From: Parcubacteria group bacterium
GTDB taxonomy: Bacteria > Patescibacteriota > Minisyncoccia > Moranbacterales > UBA2206
Direction of reading: 5' to 3'
Length of the DNA: 64,000 bases
NCBI GenBank assembly: GCA_041661275.1
Contig: JBAZUU010000004.1
Location: 7,480-71,479 of the forward strand
Both the position numbers and the translations under genes were made by a program. The notes under the pieces are model-generated. The model saw only the letters and a list, made by a program, of their open reading frames with translations. It ran no database searches and was not told where the DNA came from. Below are positions 48,441 to 57,936 of the stretch, piece after piece. Every line of letters begins with the position of its first letter. The first letter of the stretch is position 1.

Positions 48441-49202
48441 ATGATTATTATTAAAACCCAGGAAGAAATAGAAAAAATGCGTGAAGGCGGGCATAAACTC
48501 GCCGAGATTATGGATGAGATTGGAAAAGCGGTTCGTCCCGGACAAAATACGCATGAAATTGATGAGCTCTCAAGACGGCTCATTTTTGATATCGGCGGTA
48601 TTCCCATTTTTGAAGGCTATGGAGGTCCCGAAAATCCCTATCCGGGCGCTGTCTGCGCGTCTATTAATCATGAGGTGGTTCATGGTATTCCCCGGAAGGA
48701 TAGAATTTTAAAAGAAGGTGATGTCTTGAAAATCGATATCGGGATGAAATACCGAAACCTCATCACTGATATGGCGCGCACATTTCCTGTCGGAAAAGTA
48801 TCGCCGGAGGCGTGGAAGCTGATGAAAGCGACGAGAGAGAGTCTGAACATGGGGATTAGCAAACTTAAAGCCGGTGCTAAATTGTCAGAGTATTCCCAGG
48901 CTGTCGAAAGTTATGTCCGCGCCAATGGATTTTCTGTCATTCGGGAACTGGTCGGGCACGGAGTGGGATATGAGCTTCACGAAGATCCGCAGATCCCTAA
49001 TTATACATCCAATGCGAAAGATATAATTTTGAAAGAAGGAATGACGCTGGCACTTGAACCGATGATAAACGTAGGGACAGAAAAGATAAAGTTGCAAAAA
49101 GACGGTTGGACATATGTGACGGCGGATGGAAAATTGTCCGCGCATTTTGAAGATACGATTGTCATAACTAAGGGCGGGGTGGAGATACTAACTAGAAAAT
49201 AA
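48441..49202 (+). CDS. map: methionine aminopeptidase type I
   Basis: conserved MetAP motifs. Confidence 0.9.
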   Translation: MIIIKTQEEIEKMREGGHKLAEIMDEIGKAVRPGQNTHEIDELSRRLIFDIGGIPIFEGYGGPENPYPGAVCASINHEVVHGIPRKDRILKEGDVLKIDIGMKYRNLITDMARTFPVGKVSPEAWKLMKATRESLNMGISKLKAGAKLSEYSQAVESYVRANGFSVIRELVGHGVGYELHEDPQIPNYTSNAKDIILKEGMTLALEPMINVGTEKIKLQKDGWTYVTADGKLSAHFEDTIVITKGGVEILTRK

Positions 49203-49341
49203 CCGTCATTCTGAGCGGAATCGAGTCCGTTAGGACGAGATGAAGTCGAAGAATCTGCCAAAGGTTAGCACTTGTGGTAAATTATAGTAGATCCTTCGAC
49301 TACGTTCGGATAAAATCCTCACTACGCTCAGGATGACGGGA
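49203..49341. repeat. family A element, full-length
   Basis: central region nearly identical to 48294-48436 (gccaaaggttagcacttgtggtaaattatagta). Confidence 0.85.
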
Positions 49342-49432
49342 AAAAGAGAATAAAAAAACACCCGGGAGTTTCCACGATTACGATGTAACGTGTGAAAACC
49401 CGCCGGGGTAGATGGTTTTCCGCCGTGAAATT

Positions 49433-49816
49433 TCAACGGCGATTCCAATATGGAGGTCGAGGGACGCTGTGAGTTATCTCGCATCCGTCAGGGAATACAA
49501 GAGTAACATCATCGCAGGGTATTGGGGATTTCGGCCAAGGCATTGGCTTTCTCCATTGTCCAGTAAGATTTTCCCACCAGACATTTCTCTTTAAGAACGA
49601 CCCCCATCTGGTGAGTTGATAGATCACCACGAGACCGCCCACGATTCCGGGCAGTAATTTTACGATAATCGGCCACGTTGCGACATCGGGTGAAGTGAAT
49701 GCCTCCCAGGAGATCTTCACAAAATAGATGCCCAACAGAACGACTCCAAATTCTACCCAGAATCCCTCATCTTTGCTTTCTTTAATGTGCTGATTTTTTT
49801 TCACTGATTCCTCCAA
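49433..49816 (-). CDS. hypothetical membrane protein
   Basis: 127-aa minus-strand ORF with two hydrophobic helices. Confidence 0.4.
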   Translation of the reverse strand: MEESVKKNQHIKESKDEGFWVEFGVVLLGIYFVKISWEAFTSPDVATWPIIVKLLPGIVGGLVVIYQLTRWGSFLKRNVWWENLTGQWRKPMPWPKSPIPCDDVTLVFPDGCEITHSVPRPPYWNRR

Positions 49817-49918
49817 GCATGTGGTTAAAACCGTTAAAACTTGTGAAAATCAGAACCGATCTCTCATCTGCCAACTAACCTACTATTATACTACAATTAT
49901 CACAAAAAATCAATACCT

Positions 49919-50380
49919 ATGTCAAATGAGCCTGAAATAAGCCACATTTTGGGGGTAGATTATGGCCGAGCCAAAATTGGCCTGGCCATGGCCGACAGTG
50001 AGACTCGGATGGCTTTTGTCTATGGGACAATTGAAAATAACAAGGGATTATTTCGAAAACTGGCGGAAATCATCGAAAAAGAGGGCGTAACAAAAGTGAT
50101 TGTTGGCGTGCCCGGGTTTAGGAATCAGGGAGATGAGGCTCGCCTCGATTCGACGAGACGCCTCATCGAGTCGAAGCGGGGTAATCAGGAGATTTATAGG
50201 GGGTTTGGCGAAACGCTTAGGAAAAATTTACCCGGAGTAGAAATTGTTTTTGTTGATGAAATGTTTACTACCAAGATGGCGCAGGACAATCTGAAAGAGA
50301 CGGGAATGAAAAATATTCAGAGGTCAGATGACAAGGAAGCAGCGAGGATAATTTTGCAGAGCTGGCTAGATTCTAAATAA
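49919..50380 (+). CDS. ruvX: Holliday-junction resolvase-like nuclease YqgF/RuvX
   Basis: ILGVDYGRAKIGLAMAD N-terminus and VIVGVPGF motif. Confidence 0.7.
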   Translation: MSNEPEISHILGVDYGRAKIGLAMADSETRMAFVYGTIENNKGLFRKLAEIIEKEGVTKVIVGVPGFRNQGDEARLDSTRRLIESKRGNQEIYRGFGETLRKNLPGVEIVFVDEMFTTKMAQDNLKETGMKNIQRSDDKEAARIILQSWLDSK

Positions 50381-50516
50381 CACCGTCATTCCGAGCGGAA
50401 TCCGCTTTAAGCGGATGAAGTCGAAGAATCTGCTAATTAATATTACTAGTGCTATTTGTAAGTAGATCCTTCGACTTCGTTCGGATAAAATCCTCACTTC
50501 GCTCAGGATGACGGGC
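50381..50516. repeat. family A element, full-length
   Basis: same arms as the other full-length copies; loop differs. Confidence 0.85.
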
Positions 50517-50591
50517 CTATTGTATGTTTTGAAAAAACACGAATTATGTTACAATTGAACTACGAAATAACCATTAATCATATAAAAGAAA

Positions 50592-51359
50592 ATGGAAAAT
50601 AAACCATATCTGTCTGTTGTCTTCTCTGCGTACAATGAGGGTGGCAGAAAAGGAGAGGAATTAAGAAAAAATCTTGAAGAAATAGGAAAATATTTAGGAG
50701 AAAAACAAATCTCCTATGAAGTTGTCGCGATAAATGACGGGTCAAAAGACAACACCGTAGAGGTTTTGAAAGAACTCTCTCCTTTGGTTAGCAAGCTGGA
50801 AATTATTGATCGCAAAGAAAATAGAGGAAAATGGTATTCTTTGCGTGAAGGATTTTTAAAAGCCAGGGGAAAATATAGATTATTGGTAGATGCTGATGGA
50901 GCAACATCGATCACTAATATGGAAGGTTTTTGGTCACACATGGAAAAAGGGGAAGATATTATCATTGGATCAAGGGATTTAAGTGAATCAAAAATAGAAA
51001 AACATCAACCAAGATGGAAAGAGATTATGGGCGATGCTGGCAACCTGCTCATCCAATTTATGCTAGGACTTCGAGGGATAAAAGACACTCAATGCGGTTT
51101 CAAGGTAATTTCCGAAAAAGCAACAAATGATATTATTACTCGAATGAAAGTGGATAGATGGGGCGGGGATTTTGAAATGATGGCTCTCGCTCGGAAGCTT
51201 GGATATAAATTTGTGGAAGTGCCGGTAGTTTGGGTGGATGCCGGCCAGAGCTTGGTTGGAGCAAAGGGTCTCGGTGGTTACGGCTCAACTCTCAAAGAGC
51301 TTTTTCAGGTGAAGCTGAATATGATGATGGGTAGATACCATCTACATAAGAAACAATAA
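50592..51359 (+). CDS. family-2 glycosyltransferase (dolichyl/polyprenyl-phosphate sugar transferase-like)
   Basis: LSVVFSAYNEG, VVAINDGSKDNT, LVDADG (DxD) motifs. Confidence 0.75.
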   Translation: MENKPYLSVVFSAYNEGGRKGEELRKNLEEIGKYLGEKQISYEVVAINDGSKDNTVEVLKELSPLVSKLEIIDRKENRGKWYSLREGFLKARGKYRLLVDADGATSITNMEGFWSHMEKGEDIIIGSRDLSESKIEKHQPRWKEIMGDAGNLLIQFMLGLRGIKDTQCGFKVISEKATNDIITRMKVDRWGGDFEMMALARKLGYKFVEVPVVWVDAGQSLVGAKGLGGYGSTLKELFQVKLNMMMGRYHLHKKQ

Positions 51360-51521
51360 AAAAGCGAGAAACCCCGCACCAAATTCCAGTATAGATTTGC
51401 TTAGTGTATAGTTGAGTGTGCGTGGTCGCCTGCGGCTTAAAATAGAAATAAAAAATAGTCTTTCGAGCGAATTGGTGCGGGGTCTCATTTTTGTAACCAC
51501 TCGCCAAGCTCGCGGACAAAA

Positions 51522-52541
51522 ATGGAAAAGGAGACAAAAAAACAAAAAAATTCAGAGCTGCGCCAAGATATTGTGACGGGGGATTGGGTGGTAATTTCTA
51601 CCGCTCGAGCCAAACGTCCGAAAGAGTTTGCGGAACATGGGCGTGAGCCGGTCATTGAAGATCCGGACAAGGTTTGCATTTTCTGTCATCCGGAGGAAAC
51701 CGGACAGGAAAAAGATGTTTTGATATACCAAAACGCGGATGGCGACTGGAGTCTTCGCGTTATTCCCAATAAATTTCCGGCTTTTTCCCGTCCTGTTGGC
51801 GGGCTTATGAAACATAAAGAGGAGGGACCGTATTTTCATATGGATGCTATCGGTTATCATGAAATTATCATCACCCACGACCATAAGAAGTCGTTGGCGC
51901 AATTGGATAAATATCGCGCAGCCGAAGTTGTTGACGCTTACCAGGACAGGTACATCGATCTCATGAATAAAAAGAGCGTCAACTATATCGAGATTTTTCA
52001 CAATCATGGCAAGGAAGCGGGAGCTTCTGTCGGTCATCCGCATTCACAATTAGTGGCTATTCCCGTCATCTCGCCATATATCAAGGGCGAGCTGGACGGC
52101 GCGGAAGAATATCATAAAATGAACAAAGCTTGCGTCTATTGCGCGATGCTCGAGTGGGAACTGGAACATAAAAAAAGAATAATTTTTGAAAACGATTCAT
52201 TTGTCGCTTTTTGTCCTTTCTCCTCGCGTGCGGCATTTGAAGTCTGGGTGATGCCCAAAAAACATAAACCATATTTTGAAAGGACGTCAGTTGACGACAA
52301 AGTACTGGCGGGAGAAACATTGCAGGTGGCGCTTAGCAAAATTTTCAAGGGATTAAATGACCCGCCATATAATTTTTATATGCACACCGCGCCCTGCGAC
52401 GGCAAAGATTATCCACATTACCACTGGCATATAGAGATTTTGCCGAGAATGTCCACATGGGCAGGGCTGGAATATTCAACCGGCATTGAAATCTCAACTA
52501 TTGAACCGGAGGAAGCGGCCAAGTTTCTAAGAGAGAATTAA
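51522..52541 (+). CDS. galT: galactose-1-phosphate uridylyltransferase
   Basis: CxxC zinc site CIFCHPEE and HPHSQL active-site motif. Confidence 0.8.
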   Translation: MEKETKKQKNSELRQDIVTGDWVVISTARAKRPKEFAEHGREPVIEDPDKVCIFCHPEETGQEKDVLIYQNADGDWSLRVIPNKFPAFSRPVGGLMKHKEEGPYFHMDAIGYHEIIITHDHKKSLAQLDKYRAAEVVDAYQDRYIDLMNKKSVNYIEIFHNHGKEAGASVGHPHSQLVAIPVISPYIKGELDGAEEYHKMNKACVYCAMLEWELEHKKRIIFENDSFVAFCPFSSRAAFEVWVMPKKHKPYFERTSVDDKVLAGETLQVALSKIFKGLNDPPYNFYMHTAPCDGKDYPHYHWHIEILPRMSTWAGLEYSTGIEISTIEPEEAAKFLREN

Positions 52542-52542
52542 C

Positions 52543-53022
52543 ATGCACGATTTTATTATCAATCTTTTTACCGGCTTCCCAAAAGAGCTGGCTACATTTC
52601 TCATAGCTATCATTCCTGTCACGGAACTGCGAGCGGCCTTGCCGTTGGCCTATAAAGTTTATGGACTTTCCGCTTTCTGGTCATGGTTCTATTCTGTTGC
52701 CGGCACTTTTTTTGCCATGGTAATAATTGTCATTCTTTTGGATCCGATAGCTCAATTTTTATCAAAATATATAGGATTTTTTAGGAAATTCTTTGAGTGG
52801 CTGTTTGAACATACGAGGCGCCGTGCTAATGGGAAAATGGAAAAATATGGAGAATGGGCTATTTTTATTCTGGCGGCAACACCTATTCCGCTTTTGGGCG
52901 GAATGACAGGAGCGCTCGCGGCTTTTGTTTTCGGAGTTCCCTTGAAAAAGTCGCTCCCGTTGCTATTATTTGGTACAATAGTATCAGGTCTAATCGTATT
53001 GGGTATCACGGTATATTTATAA
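52543..53022 (+). CDS. small membrane protein (COG2426-like putative small multidrug-export protein)
   Basis: 159 aa, 4-5 TM helices. Confidence 0.4.
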   Translation: MHDFIINLFTGFPKELATFLIAIIPVTELRAALPLAYKVYGLSAFWSWFYSVAGTFFAMVIIVILLDPIAQFLSKYIGFFRKFFEWLFEHTRRRANGKMEKYGEWAIFILAATPIPLLGGMTGALAAFVFGVPLKKSLPLLLFGTIVSGLIVLGITVYL

Positions 53023-53025
53023 ATT

Positions 53026-53790
53026 ATGGATAAATTAGTTGTTGGAAATATGAAGATGAACTTATTGTCTCCCGTTGAACGCGAGAGATACCTTGAGAAT
53101 TTCAAAAAAGAATTAGGAACAAAAAAATTCGGGAGAACAGAACTGATTCTTTGTCCTTCATACGTCCATCTCGAAAATTTTAAAAAGGAATTGGGAAAAA
53201 AAGTTAATATTGGAGCGCAAAATATGTTTTGGAAAAAAGAAGGCGCGTTTACCGGAGAGATATCGCCGGTTATGATAAAAAATCTCGGTTGTGATTATGT
53301 AATTATCGGGCACAGTGAAAGAAGAAAATATTTTTGCGAAACAGACGAGGAAATAAATTGCAAAATAATCGAAGCTTTGAAAATCGGACTTAAACCTATA
53401 GTATGCGTAGGGGAATCAAGCGTGGAAAAGGATATGAATGAAACTCTCAATGTGATTACCAGGCAATTGAACGAATCCCTGGCTAATATTGGTCGGACAA
53501 AAATAGAAAATATTACCATTGTCTATGAGCCGGTTTGGGCGGTGGGAACGGATGATATTCCGACAATTCACGAAATTATGGAAGCCAGACTCCTCATCCG
53601 AAAAATCCTGGTGGCTAATTTTGACAAAAAATACGCCCAGAACGTAAAAATACTCTATGGCGGATCAGTAAACTCTAAAACAGTGAAAGAAGTTTGTATC
53701 GAACCGGGAATGGATGGAGTGTTGATAGGGCGGGAGAGCTTAATACCGTATGAACTTATTAAAATAGCTCAAATTATTAATGAAGGATAA
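53026..53790 (+). CDS. tpiA: triosephosphate isomerase
   Basis: VVGNMKMN..., IIGHSERR, GESS, YEPVWAVGTD, YGGSVN motifs. Confidence 0.85.
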   Translation: MDKLVVGNMKMNLLSPVERERYLENFKKELGTKKFGRTELILCPSYVHLENFKKELGKKVNIGAQNMFWKKEGAFTGEISPVMIKNLGCDYVIIGHSERRKYFCETDEEINCKIIEALKIGLKPIVCVGESSVEKDMNETLNVITRQLNESLANIGRTKIENITIVYEPVWAVGTDDIPTIHEIMEARLLIRKILVANFDKKYAQNVKILYGGSVNSKTVKEVCIEPGMDGVLIGRESLIPYELIKIAQIINEG

Positions 53791-53914
53791 CAGGTTTAAA
53801 ATTTTTGAATTTTTAATTTTATAATTTTGTAAATAAATCCAAATTTTTAATGTTTAAACATTTGGAAATTAAAAATTATTTAAAAATTAAAAATTACAAA
53901 ATTAAAAATTTTGT
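53791..53914. repeat. AT-rich palindromic spacer between tpiA and fba, centred on gtttaaac
   Basis: inverted repeats of aaaattaaaaatt-type words. Confidence 0.5.
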
Positions 53915-54781
53915 ATGATAACTTCAGTCAAAGAAATATTAACTAAAGCCAGAGAAGGTGGTTATGCCGTCGGGGCTTTTAATACGGTCAACTTGGAAAC
54001 AACGCGTGCCATCGTTGAAGCGGCGCAGGAAATGAGATCGCCGGTCATCATTCAGATCACCGAGAAAACTATGGAATATGCCGGAGGACGGCTCATATAC
54101 CATTTAGTTAAGAATGACGCGGAATTCTATGCTCCGGAAATTCCCATTGGCATTCATCTGGATCATGGAAGGAGTTTTGAAATAATCCAACGGGCTGTTG
54201 CTATCGGTTTCACATCCGTCATGTATGACGGATCAAGAAAAAAATATGAGGATAATTTGGAGATTACCAAAAAGGTAGTTGATTTTTGCAAGGAAAAGGG
54301 CGTTAATGTTCAGGCGGAACTAGGGAGTGTGCCATATCTTGGTGAAATGGGAATGGGGGAAGTAAATTGGGAAGAATATATGACCGATCCTGGTCAAGCC
54401 AGTGCTTTTGTCAAAGAAACCGGAATTGATGCGTTGGCAGTGGCTATCGGCAACGCTCATGACTTTTTCAAAGAAAAAGAAGTCCCTGATTATGCCAGAC
54501 TGGAAATGATAAACAAAAATTGCGGGAATCTTCCACTTATCCTTCATGGGGCATCAGACTGGGAAAATGGGCGGGTAAAAGAAGTAATAAACCGAGGAGT
54601 GGCTTGTTTTAATGTGGACACGGCTATCCGGTTGTCTTTTATAAATAATCTTATCAATTCAGTCCGGAATCAGGGCAATGTATCCTTTGATATCAGAAAG
54701 CTCCTGGGGGAATCGAGAGATGCTGTGAAAGATATAGTGAAGAAAAAAATAAAGTTTTTTGGAAGTGACGGAAAAATATGA
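53915..54781 (+). CDS. fba: class II fructose-bisphosphate aldolase
   Basis: GGYAVGAFN..., IHLDHG, ILHGASD motifs. Confidence 0.8.
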   Translation: MITSVKEILTKAREGGYAVGAFNTVNLETTRAIVEAAQEMRSPVIIQITEKTMEYAGGRLIYHLVKNDAEFYAPEIPIGIHLDHGRSFEIIQRAVAIGFTSVMYDGSRKKYEDNLEITKKVVDFCKEKGVNVQAELGSVPYLGEMGMGEVNWEEYMTDPGQASAFVKETGIDALAVAIGNAHDFFKEKEVPDYARLEMINKNCGNLPLILHGASDWENGRVKEVINRGVACFNVDTAIRLSFINNLINSVRNQGNVSFDIRKLLGESRDAVKDIVKKKIKFFGSDGKI

Positions 54782-55221
54782 TGACGGTTGAGAAAATATT
54801 ATTAGAGTTTGATCCAGAAATAAAAAATCTTCTGCCGGCGCTGAAAAAGATCAGCGCTGGTTTTGGCTATATCTCACAAAATGACGCCCAAAAATTGGCT
54901 GAATATTTTTCTGTCCCACTTTCTCGCGTTTTTGAAACGGCATCTTTTTATGATGAGATAAAAACTAAAAAGCAACCCGACCTGGTTATTCAAGTATGTT
55001 CCAGTGTCAATTGCGCAGTGAGTAAGTCTTTTGAAATAGTGAGTAAAATAGAAGATTATTTTAAGATAAAGGCGGGAGACGAGTTTGATCAGAAAGTAAG
55101 ATTGGAAGTGATGAGTTGCTTGGGGCAGTGCGGGGAAGGGCCGGTAGTGGTTGTTAATGATAAAGTATATACTAATGTGACAAAAAGTTCGGTGGCGGGG
55201 GTTTTGGAAGAGTGGGCATAG
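54778..55221 (+). CDS. hoxE: NuoE/HoxE-like [2Fe-2S] thioredoxin-fold subunit
   Basis: CSSVNC...C...CLGQCGEGP cysteine pattern; 4-bp overlap with the fba stop. Confidence 0.6.
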   Translation: MMTVEKILLEFDPEIKNLLPALKKISAGFGYISQNDAQKLAEYFSVPLSRVFETASFYDEIKTKKQPDLVIQVCSSVNCAVSKSFEIVSKIEDYFKIKAGDEFDQKVRLEVMSCLGQCGEGPVVVVNDKVYTNVTKSSVAGVLEEWA

Positions 55222-55358
55222 CGTCGTCATTCTGAGCGGAATGAGACCTTTGGTCGAATGAAGTCGAAGAATCTACCAAATAATATTACCGGTGATAATT
55301 CCTGGTAGATCCTTCGACTACGTCCCAATAAGAATTGGGACTTCGCTCAGGATGACGG
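55222..55358. repeat. family A element, full-length, between hoxE and hoxF
   Basis: arms identical to the other copies. Confidence 0.85.
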
Positions 55359-55377
55359 TTTTTTGTTAAATTATTAA

Positions 55378-56607
55378 ATGAATAATACTAAAATAATCAC
55401 TAAACACTGGGGTCGGATAAATCCTCTCAAAATCGAGGACTATGTTGCTATTGGCGGATATAAAGCTCTTAAAAAATATATCCGCGATATGGATGCGGAA
55501 AGGGCGATAGGAGAAATAAAAAAATCCGGACTTTGCGGAAGGGGTGGGGCAGGTTTTCCGACAGGCAATAAATTGGAAATAGTAGCGGAAAAAAACGGAA
55601 CGAAATATTTTATCTGTAATTTGGACGAATCAGAGCCGGGAACATACAAAGATCGGGCGATTGTTGATAATAATCCACACAGTTTGATTGAGGGAATAAT
55701 AATTTCAGCGCTTATTATTGGAGCAAAAAGGGCGATTATATATATTAATGGTCGATATATCAAACAGAAAGAAATATTGGAGATAGCCGTAGAACAAGCA
55801 GGAAAATATAATTTTCTAGGCAAAGGAATAATTGGATCTTGTTATGACCTGGGGATAGAGATATTTTCCGGCGCTGGCGCTTATATTTGTGGAGAAGAGA
55901 CAGCTCTCATTAATTCCATTGAAGGCAATCGTGGCGAACCGAAATCCCGTCCACCATATCCGACAGACGCGGGGCTTTTTGGAAAACCAACGGTTATCAA
56001 TAATGCGGAAACTATAGTAAATATTCCCTGGATAATAACGAACGGCGGGGAAAAATATGCTGATTCGGGCGGGGAAAAATTATATATCTTAGGCGGAAGC
56101 GTAAAAAAACCCGGGGTTTATGAGGGTTCAGTGGGAATAACTATTCGCCAAGCGATAGAAAAAATGGGCGGGGGATTAAAAAAAGGAAAAGAATTCTGGT
56201 TTGCGCAAATTGGTGGCGCGTCAGGAAGATTAATTTTAGGAAATGAATTGGATTGTGTGTTAGATTACGATCGGGTGTCTGCAGAGACGCCCCGACGGGG
56301 CGTCTCTATAATGCCAATCGGTTCCGGTTCTATCTTGGTCATTGATAAAACTGTCGACATAAAAGATCTGCTATTATCCTGGACAACATTTTTTCGCTAT
56401 GAATCATGCGGAAAATGCGTACCATGTCGCGAAGGGACATTTCGACTGTGGGAAATAGCCAAACGGATGCAAGACGGAGAAATCACCGAACGCGATCAAA
56501 AAGCCATTCCGGAAATCATTTGGACATTGCAGAATACGACATTTTGTCCTCTGGGCAAATTCGCCGCGACAGCATTTTCGGATGTAATGGAAAAAAAGTT
56601 AATATAG
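55378..56607 (+). CDS. hoxF: NuoF/HoxF-like NAD(H)-binding FMN / 4Fe-4S subunit
   Basis: GRGGAGFPTG FMN site and ESCGKCVPCREG 4Fe-4S motif. Confidence 0.8.
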   Translation: MNNTKIITKHWGRINPLKIEDYVAIGGYKALKKYIRDMDAERAIGEIKKSGLCGRGGAGFPTGNKLEIVAEKNGTKYFICNLDESEPGTYKDRAIVDNNPHSLIEGIIISALIIGAKRAIIYINGRYIKQKEILEIAVEQAGKYNFLGKGIIGSCYDLGIEIFSGAGAYICGEETALINSIEGNRGEPKSRPPYPTDAGLFGKPTVINNAETIVNIPWIITNGGEKYADSGGEKLYILGGSVKKPGVYEGSVGITIRQAIEKMGGGLKKGKEFWFAQIGGASGRLILGNELDCVLDYDRVSAETPRRGVSIMPIGSGSILVIDKTVDIKDLLLSWTTFFRYESCGKCVPCREGTFRLWEIAKRMQDGEITERDQKAIPEIIWTLQNTTFCPLGKFAATAFSDVMEKKLI

Positions 56608-56630
56608 GTCATATTCGTTGTATAAGACAT

Positions 56631-57647
56631 ATGGAAATATTAATCAACAAAAAAGCTTACCAAGCGCAGGAAGGAGAAATGATTCTCGATGTTTGTCGGC
56701 GGGAAAATATCAGAATCCCAACTCTTTGTGCGTTTGAAGGTTTACCAAAAGAAGCAGTTTGCCGACTGTGTCTCGTGGAAATTAATTTGGCGGATAAGCT
56801 TGTTCCGTCTTGCGCTTTTCCAGTTTGTGAAAAGTTAGAAGTGACGACAGAAAGCGAGAAAATAAAAAAAGCGCGAGAAGTAAATCTTGAACTTTTATGG
56901 TCGGATCATGCCGGAAAATGCGTGAAATGCAAGAAAAATCGGATGTGCGAGCTGCAGTCGTTGGCAGAAGAATATAAAATAGATAATTTCCATTTTGTGC
57001 CTCGAAGAGAAGATTTAACCAATGCGGAAGAGTTGGATTTATTGAAAGATAATAAGATAAGAGTAGTAGTGGAAGAGGAAAATCCATGCATTGCTCGGAC
57101 GACAGAATTTTGTGTGGAATGTCGCAGATGTATAAACATTTGTCCAGATAAAGCTTTCGGGTTCAACCATCGTGCTGGGGACGGGGTTGTCGGAACGCCA
57201 TACGAAAAAACGTTAGATTGCAGCTTTTGCGGCGAGTGTGTGCGTGTTTGTCCTGTGGCAGCACTTACTGATAAAAATAATTTTTCTAAGATTATAGAAG
57301 ACTTGGATGATATGAAAAAAATGGCGGTGGCGCTTGTTGCTGAGGGTATGGAAGAAAAAATTAATACGATGCTAAAATATACAGAAATTGCCATTGAGGC
57401 GAAAGAGGTTTTGAAAAAACTGGGCTTTGAAAAAATATTTGATTTTACTGAAAAGGACGATGAAGATGAAGGGCTGGATGAATTTAAGGATCAATTAGCC
57501 AAAAAGGAAAAAATTAATTTGGAAAATATAGTATTGTTTTATATTTCTGATAATATTTCGCTCAAAAAAGAAAAAATAGCCAATCTGGATCATATTTTAA
57601 CTGACAGAGAAGTGGCGAGACTGGCGAGAGATAGGAAAATAATTTAA
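56631..57647 (+). CDS. hoxU: NuoG/HoxU-like iron-sulfur subunit ([2Fe-2S] and [4Fe-4S] clusters)
   Basis: N-terminal 2Fe-2S pattern C...CRLC...C and later CxxCxxC(x)nCP motifs; start taken at ATG 56631 (the track ORF begins inside hoxF). Confidence 0.7.
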   Translation: MEILINKKAYQAQEGEMILDVCRRENIRIPTLCAFEGLPKEAVCRLCLVEINLADKLVPSCAFPVCEKLEVTTESEKIKKAREVNLELLWSDHAGKCVKCKKNRMCELQSLAEEYKIDNFHFVPRREDLTNAEELDLLKDNKIRVVVEEENPCIARTTEFCVECRRCINICPDKAFGFNHRAGDGVVGTPYEKTLDCSFCGECVRVCPVAALTDKNNFSKIIEDLDDMKKMAVALVAEGMEEKINTMLKYTEIAIEAKEVLKKLGFEKIFDFTEKDDEDEGLDEFKDQLAKKEKINLENIVLFYISDNISLKKEKIANLDHILTDREVARLARDRKII

Positions 57648-57711
57648 AAGTACCCTCTCTGTCAGTCGAAGACGACTGACATCTCTCCCGAAGGGAGAGA
57701 GGGAAACGCTT

Positions 57712-57936
57712 ATGTGTTTAACAATTCCCAAAAAAGTAGTAGAAATTACGGGCGATGAGGTTGTCGTAGAACTTCCTAATGGCGATAGACAAACTGTGAA
57801 AAGTATAGTAGATTTAGGTGTCGGCGATTTTTGTTTAACGCAGCAAAATGTCGCAATCTATAAGCTAGACCAAAAAGAAGCTGAAGAAGTCCTGGGGCTT
57901 TTTCAAAATAGGGAGGGAAATAATAATGGACAATAG
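57712..57936 (+). CDS. hypC: HypC/HupF-family hydrogenase maturation chaperone
   Basis: N-terminal MCLTIP (the MC(L/I)(A/G)(I/V)P signature); about 74 aa. Confidence 0.75.
   Translation: MCLTIPKKVVEITGDEVVVELPNGDRQTVKSIVDLGVGDFCLTQQNVAIYKLDQKEAEEVLGLFQNREGNNNGQ

Noticed and set aside
38505-55358. Repeat families A, B and C as a CRISPR array
   Set aside because: The copies are tens of kb apart and separated by genes. They are palindromic with variable internal loops, not short direct repeats with unique spacers, and no cas genes are present.
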